Positions 62,260-64,000 of a stretch of DNA of 64,000 nucleotides are shown here, piece by piece. This DNA is from a virus. Lineage: Duplodnaviria; Heunggongvirae; Uroviricota; Caudoviricetes. Below the pieces are notes generated by a model. That model did no database searches and was not told the DNA's origin. It saw only the letters and a program-made list of their open reading frames with translations. Within the stretch, counting starts at the first letter, position 1. Every line of letters starts with the position of its first letter. The stretch covers positions 87,323 through 151,322 of IMG/VR virus record IMGVR_UViG_650377940_000003; one strand, given 5' to 3'. A program made the position numbers and the translations under genes.

Positions 62260-63615
62260 TTGCCCAGTGATATGATGCTGTGCGTCATATCCTACTGGGT
62301 ATTATCTGGCGCAAAATGGCGGCAGATCCAGCAGCTTCGCTGCTGCGCTTTCCCCGCCAAGCTGTTGAAACGGAGGGATGTCTATCTGAAATTAACGCGA
62401 CACAACGGACGAGCCGGAACCCACGGCACCTATAACCCAAAACACAATGACCGCAGTTTCAACCTTGCCAACAGTGAGCACATCGACCCGGAACGAGCCA
62501 AGGGCAACATCTACTGGGACTGCTTTCACGGTTTCCGTTCGGCTCTTGACCCACAAGACCCGGACGATCTGGCGGTAACCTTCTCGGATGTGGAACGGCA
62601 GTTCTACGAAACCCACTACACGGCCTTCGTTGAAAGCCAGAACGAGCGCAACGCCAAGATCCGGCACACAGAGCGCAACCGCTCCATTCCCGACCTGTTG
62701 TCCAGCCGCAAGACCTGCCCAGAAGAAACCATCTATCAGCTCGGAACGTTGGATGAACACGCTTCGGCAGAGGACTTGCTGAGCGTCGTCACAGAGTTCA
62801 TCGAGGAGTTCAAGGCAAAGTTTGGCGACCACGTTCATGTGCTGGACTGGGCGCTGCATTTGGACGAAAGCACACCCCACATCCACGAGCGTCATGTGTT
62901 CGACTGTGAGAACAAATACGGTGAGGTGGCACCCCAGCAGGAAAAGACGTTGGAAGCGTTGGGCTTTGAGTTGCCCGACCCGGATAAGCCCCTCAGCCGC
63001 CGAAACAACCGCAAGATCACTTTCGATGCCGCCTGTCGAAAGATGCTATTCGAGATCGCCAAGCGGCATGGGCTGGAATTGGAGGAAGAAGCGGAGTACG
63101 GCAACCGCAAGTATTTGGAAAAGCAGGACTTCATCCTTGCAAAGCAGAAGGAGCAGCTTGCCGCCCAGCAGAACAAGCTGGACAAGCTGACCCTGAAAGT
63201 TTCGGACATGGAAACACTGATCGACGAGGTATCGGCTGCGGCTTACGACAAGGCGGTGGAGGTCGTGACGGACGTGGTGCGCACCGAGACCCGGAAAGAG
63301 GATATGCGGATGATCGAGGACACGAAGAAGTGGTTGCTGTCCCCTGAACGCAATGCTCCGCAGGCCACGAGAGAGTACGCCGCTCACCGTTTGGACACCG
63401 TGCTGGACAAGTTCCTCAAGACCATGCAGACCACTGCTACTCGCTTGCAGGAAAAGCTCCCGAGACCGGATGTCCGGCAGAAAGGCAGGGATCAGGTCAA
63501 GGAGAAAGCACGGGATTCCGTTCTGCAACTGTTGAGCCGTTTGCAGGCAGAACAGGCGCAGCGGAATCCATCTGCACCGCCTACCGCCGAGAAGTCAAAA
63601 AGTCGTTTTCAATAA
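62260..63615 (+). CDS. mob: MobV/Mob_Pre-family relaxase (plasmid recombination/mobilization enzyme)
   Basis: HLDESTPHIHERHVF (HxDE..PHxH motif III) and N-terminal HNGRAG...HNDR; long coiled-coil C-terminus; start uncertain (TTG 62260, ATG 62272 or TTG 62365). Confidence 0.55.
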   Translation: MPSDMMLCVISYWVLSGAKWRQIQQLRCCAFPAKLLKRRDVYLKLTRHNGRAGTHGTYNPKHNDRSFNLANSEHIDPERAKGNIYWDCFHGFRSALDPQDPDDLAVTFSDVERQFYETHYTAFVESQNERNAKIRHTERNRSIPDLLSSRKTCPEETIYQLGTLDEHASAEDLLSVVTEFIEEFKAKFGDHVHVLDWALHLDESTPHIHERHVFDCENKYGEVAPQQEKTLEALGFELPDPDKPLSRRNNRKITFDAACRKMLFEIAKRHGLELEEEAEYGNRKYLEKQDFILAKQKEQLAAQQNKLDKLTLKVSDMETLIDEVSAAAYDKAVEVVTDVVRTETRKEDMRMIEDTKKWLLSPERNAPQATREYAAHRLDTVLDKFLKTMQTTATRLQEKLPRPDVRQKGRDQVKEKARDSVLQLLSRLQAEQAQRNPSAPPTAEKSKSRFQ

Positions 63616-63634
63616 TAGTACGAGGTGATGTTTA

Positions 63635-64000
63635 TTGAGCAAAGAAGTCAATCAAGAAGAACGTGCTCCCCGAACCGTTGCCGATGTGAAAGAAATGCTG
63701 ACCAAGCACTCCAACGGCGAGATCCAGCGGACGATCCAGAACTGCATCACGATTTTGCAGAACGACCATGTGCTGGCCGATGCCATCCGGCTGAACCTTT
63801 TGAGTGAACGCATTGACATTGTAAAGCCTGTGGGCTGGCCCCGCTCCGGCAAGACGCTGAACGACACTGACATGAAGTATATCCTGCGGAGAATGGAGAA
63901 GTACGGCATTTCCAGCGAAAAGAAAATCGAATCTGCTATCCGCATCGTTGCCAACGAGAACCGTTATCATCCCATCCGGGACTATCTGAACGGCCTGTAA
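63635..64000 (+). CDS. VirE-like primase-associated protein, N-terminal part (truncated by window end)
   Basis: VirE_N-like region NCITILQNDHVLADAIRLNLLSERIDI; ORF runs off the window. Confidence 0.4.
   Translation: MSKEVNQEERAPRTVADVKEMLTKHSNGEIQRTIQNCITILQNDHVLADAIRLNLLSERIDIVKPVGWPRSGKTLNDTDMKYILRRMEKYGISSEKKIESAIRIVANENRYHPIRDYLNGL

Overview
The window has three parts. (1) Positions 1 to about 48.3 kb are the right-hand portion of a low-GC (about 40%) prophage in a high-GC Firmicutes host (Oscillospiraceae/Faecalibacterium-like, judging from GroEL). Most of it is the replication and nucleotide-metabolism module. It encodes a DnaE-type Pol III alpha, a DnaB-like helicase, a DnaG-like primase, a RecJ-like DHH exonuclease, a RecD-like SF1 helicase, an ATP-dependent DNA ligase and a Sak4-like ATPase with an SSB-like protein. 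It also encodes anaerobic RNR NrdD/NrdG, ThyX, dUTPase and FolD. Alongside these are a trifunctional kinase-phosphatase-ligase RNA repair enzyme (Pnkp-like) sitting next to a phage tRNA cluster with at least 8 tRNAs, a circularly permuted C5 cytosine methyltransferase, a left-arm accessory cluster (Lar-like protein, CX5R phosphatase-like protein, nucleotidyltransferase, SleB-like hydrolase, solitary MazF/Kid-like toxin), LemA and SPFH membrane modules, many small zinc-ribbon ORFs, and an excisionase plus Tn916-type tyrosine integrase at the right end. (2) Positions 48.4 to 50.6 kb are the host groES-groEL operon with a sigma-A promoter, a perfect CIRCE operator and a terminator. (3) Positions 50.7 to 64 kb are a high-GC genomic island or integrative mobilizable element. 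It carries a zinc-ribbon + DUF2971 gene pair and an orphan HicB antitoxin with an XRE regulator between twin hairpin repeats. It carries a translationally coupled two-gene module consisting of an Eco57I-family N6-adenine methyltransferase plus a GIY-YIG nuclease-SF2 helicase fusion (a split Type ISP-like restriction system, the best candidate for a novel system). It also carries a convergent low-GC GmrSD-like Type IV restriction gene, an sRNA/palindrome-array origin-like region, a MobV-family relaxase and a VirE-like primase fragment. Recurrent non-coding signals include a 7-copy phage motif TAWWYACAGGATAC, a 4-copy G-rich motif GGGTGGGTTGGTGGG, and three +1-base homopolymer frameshifts (in the NTase, MTase and DnaE genes). 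All calls come from reading the sequence and from motif knowledge; no database searches were run.
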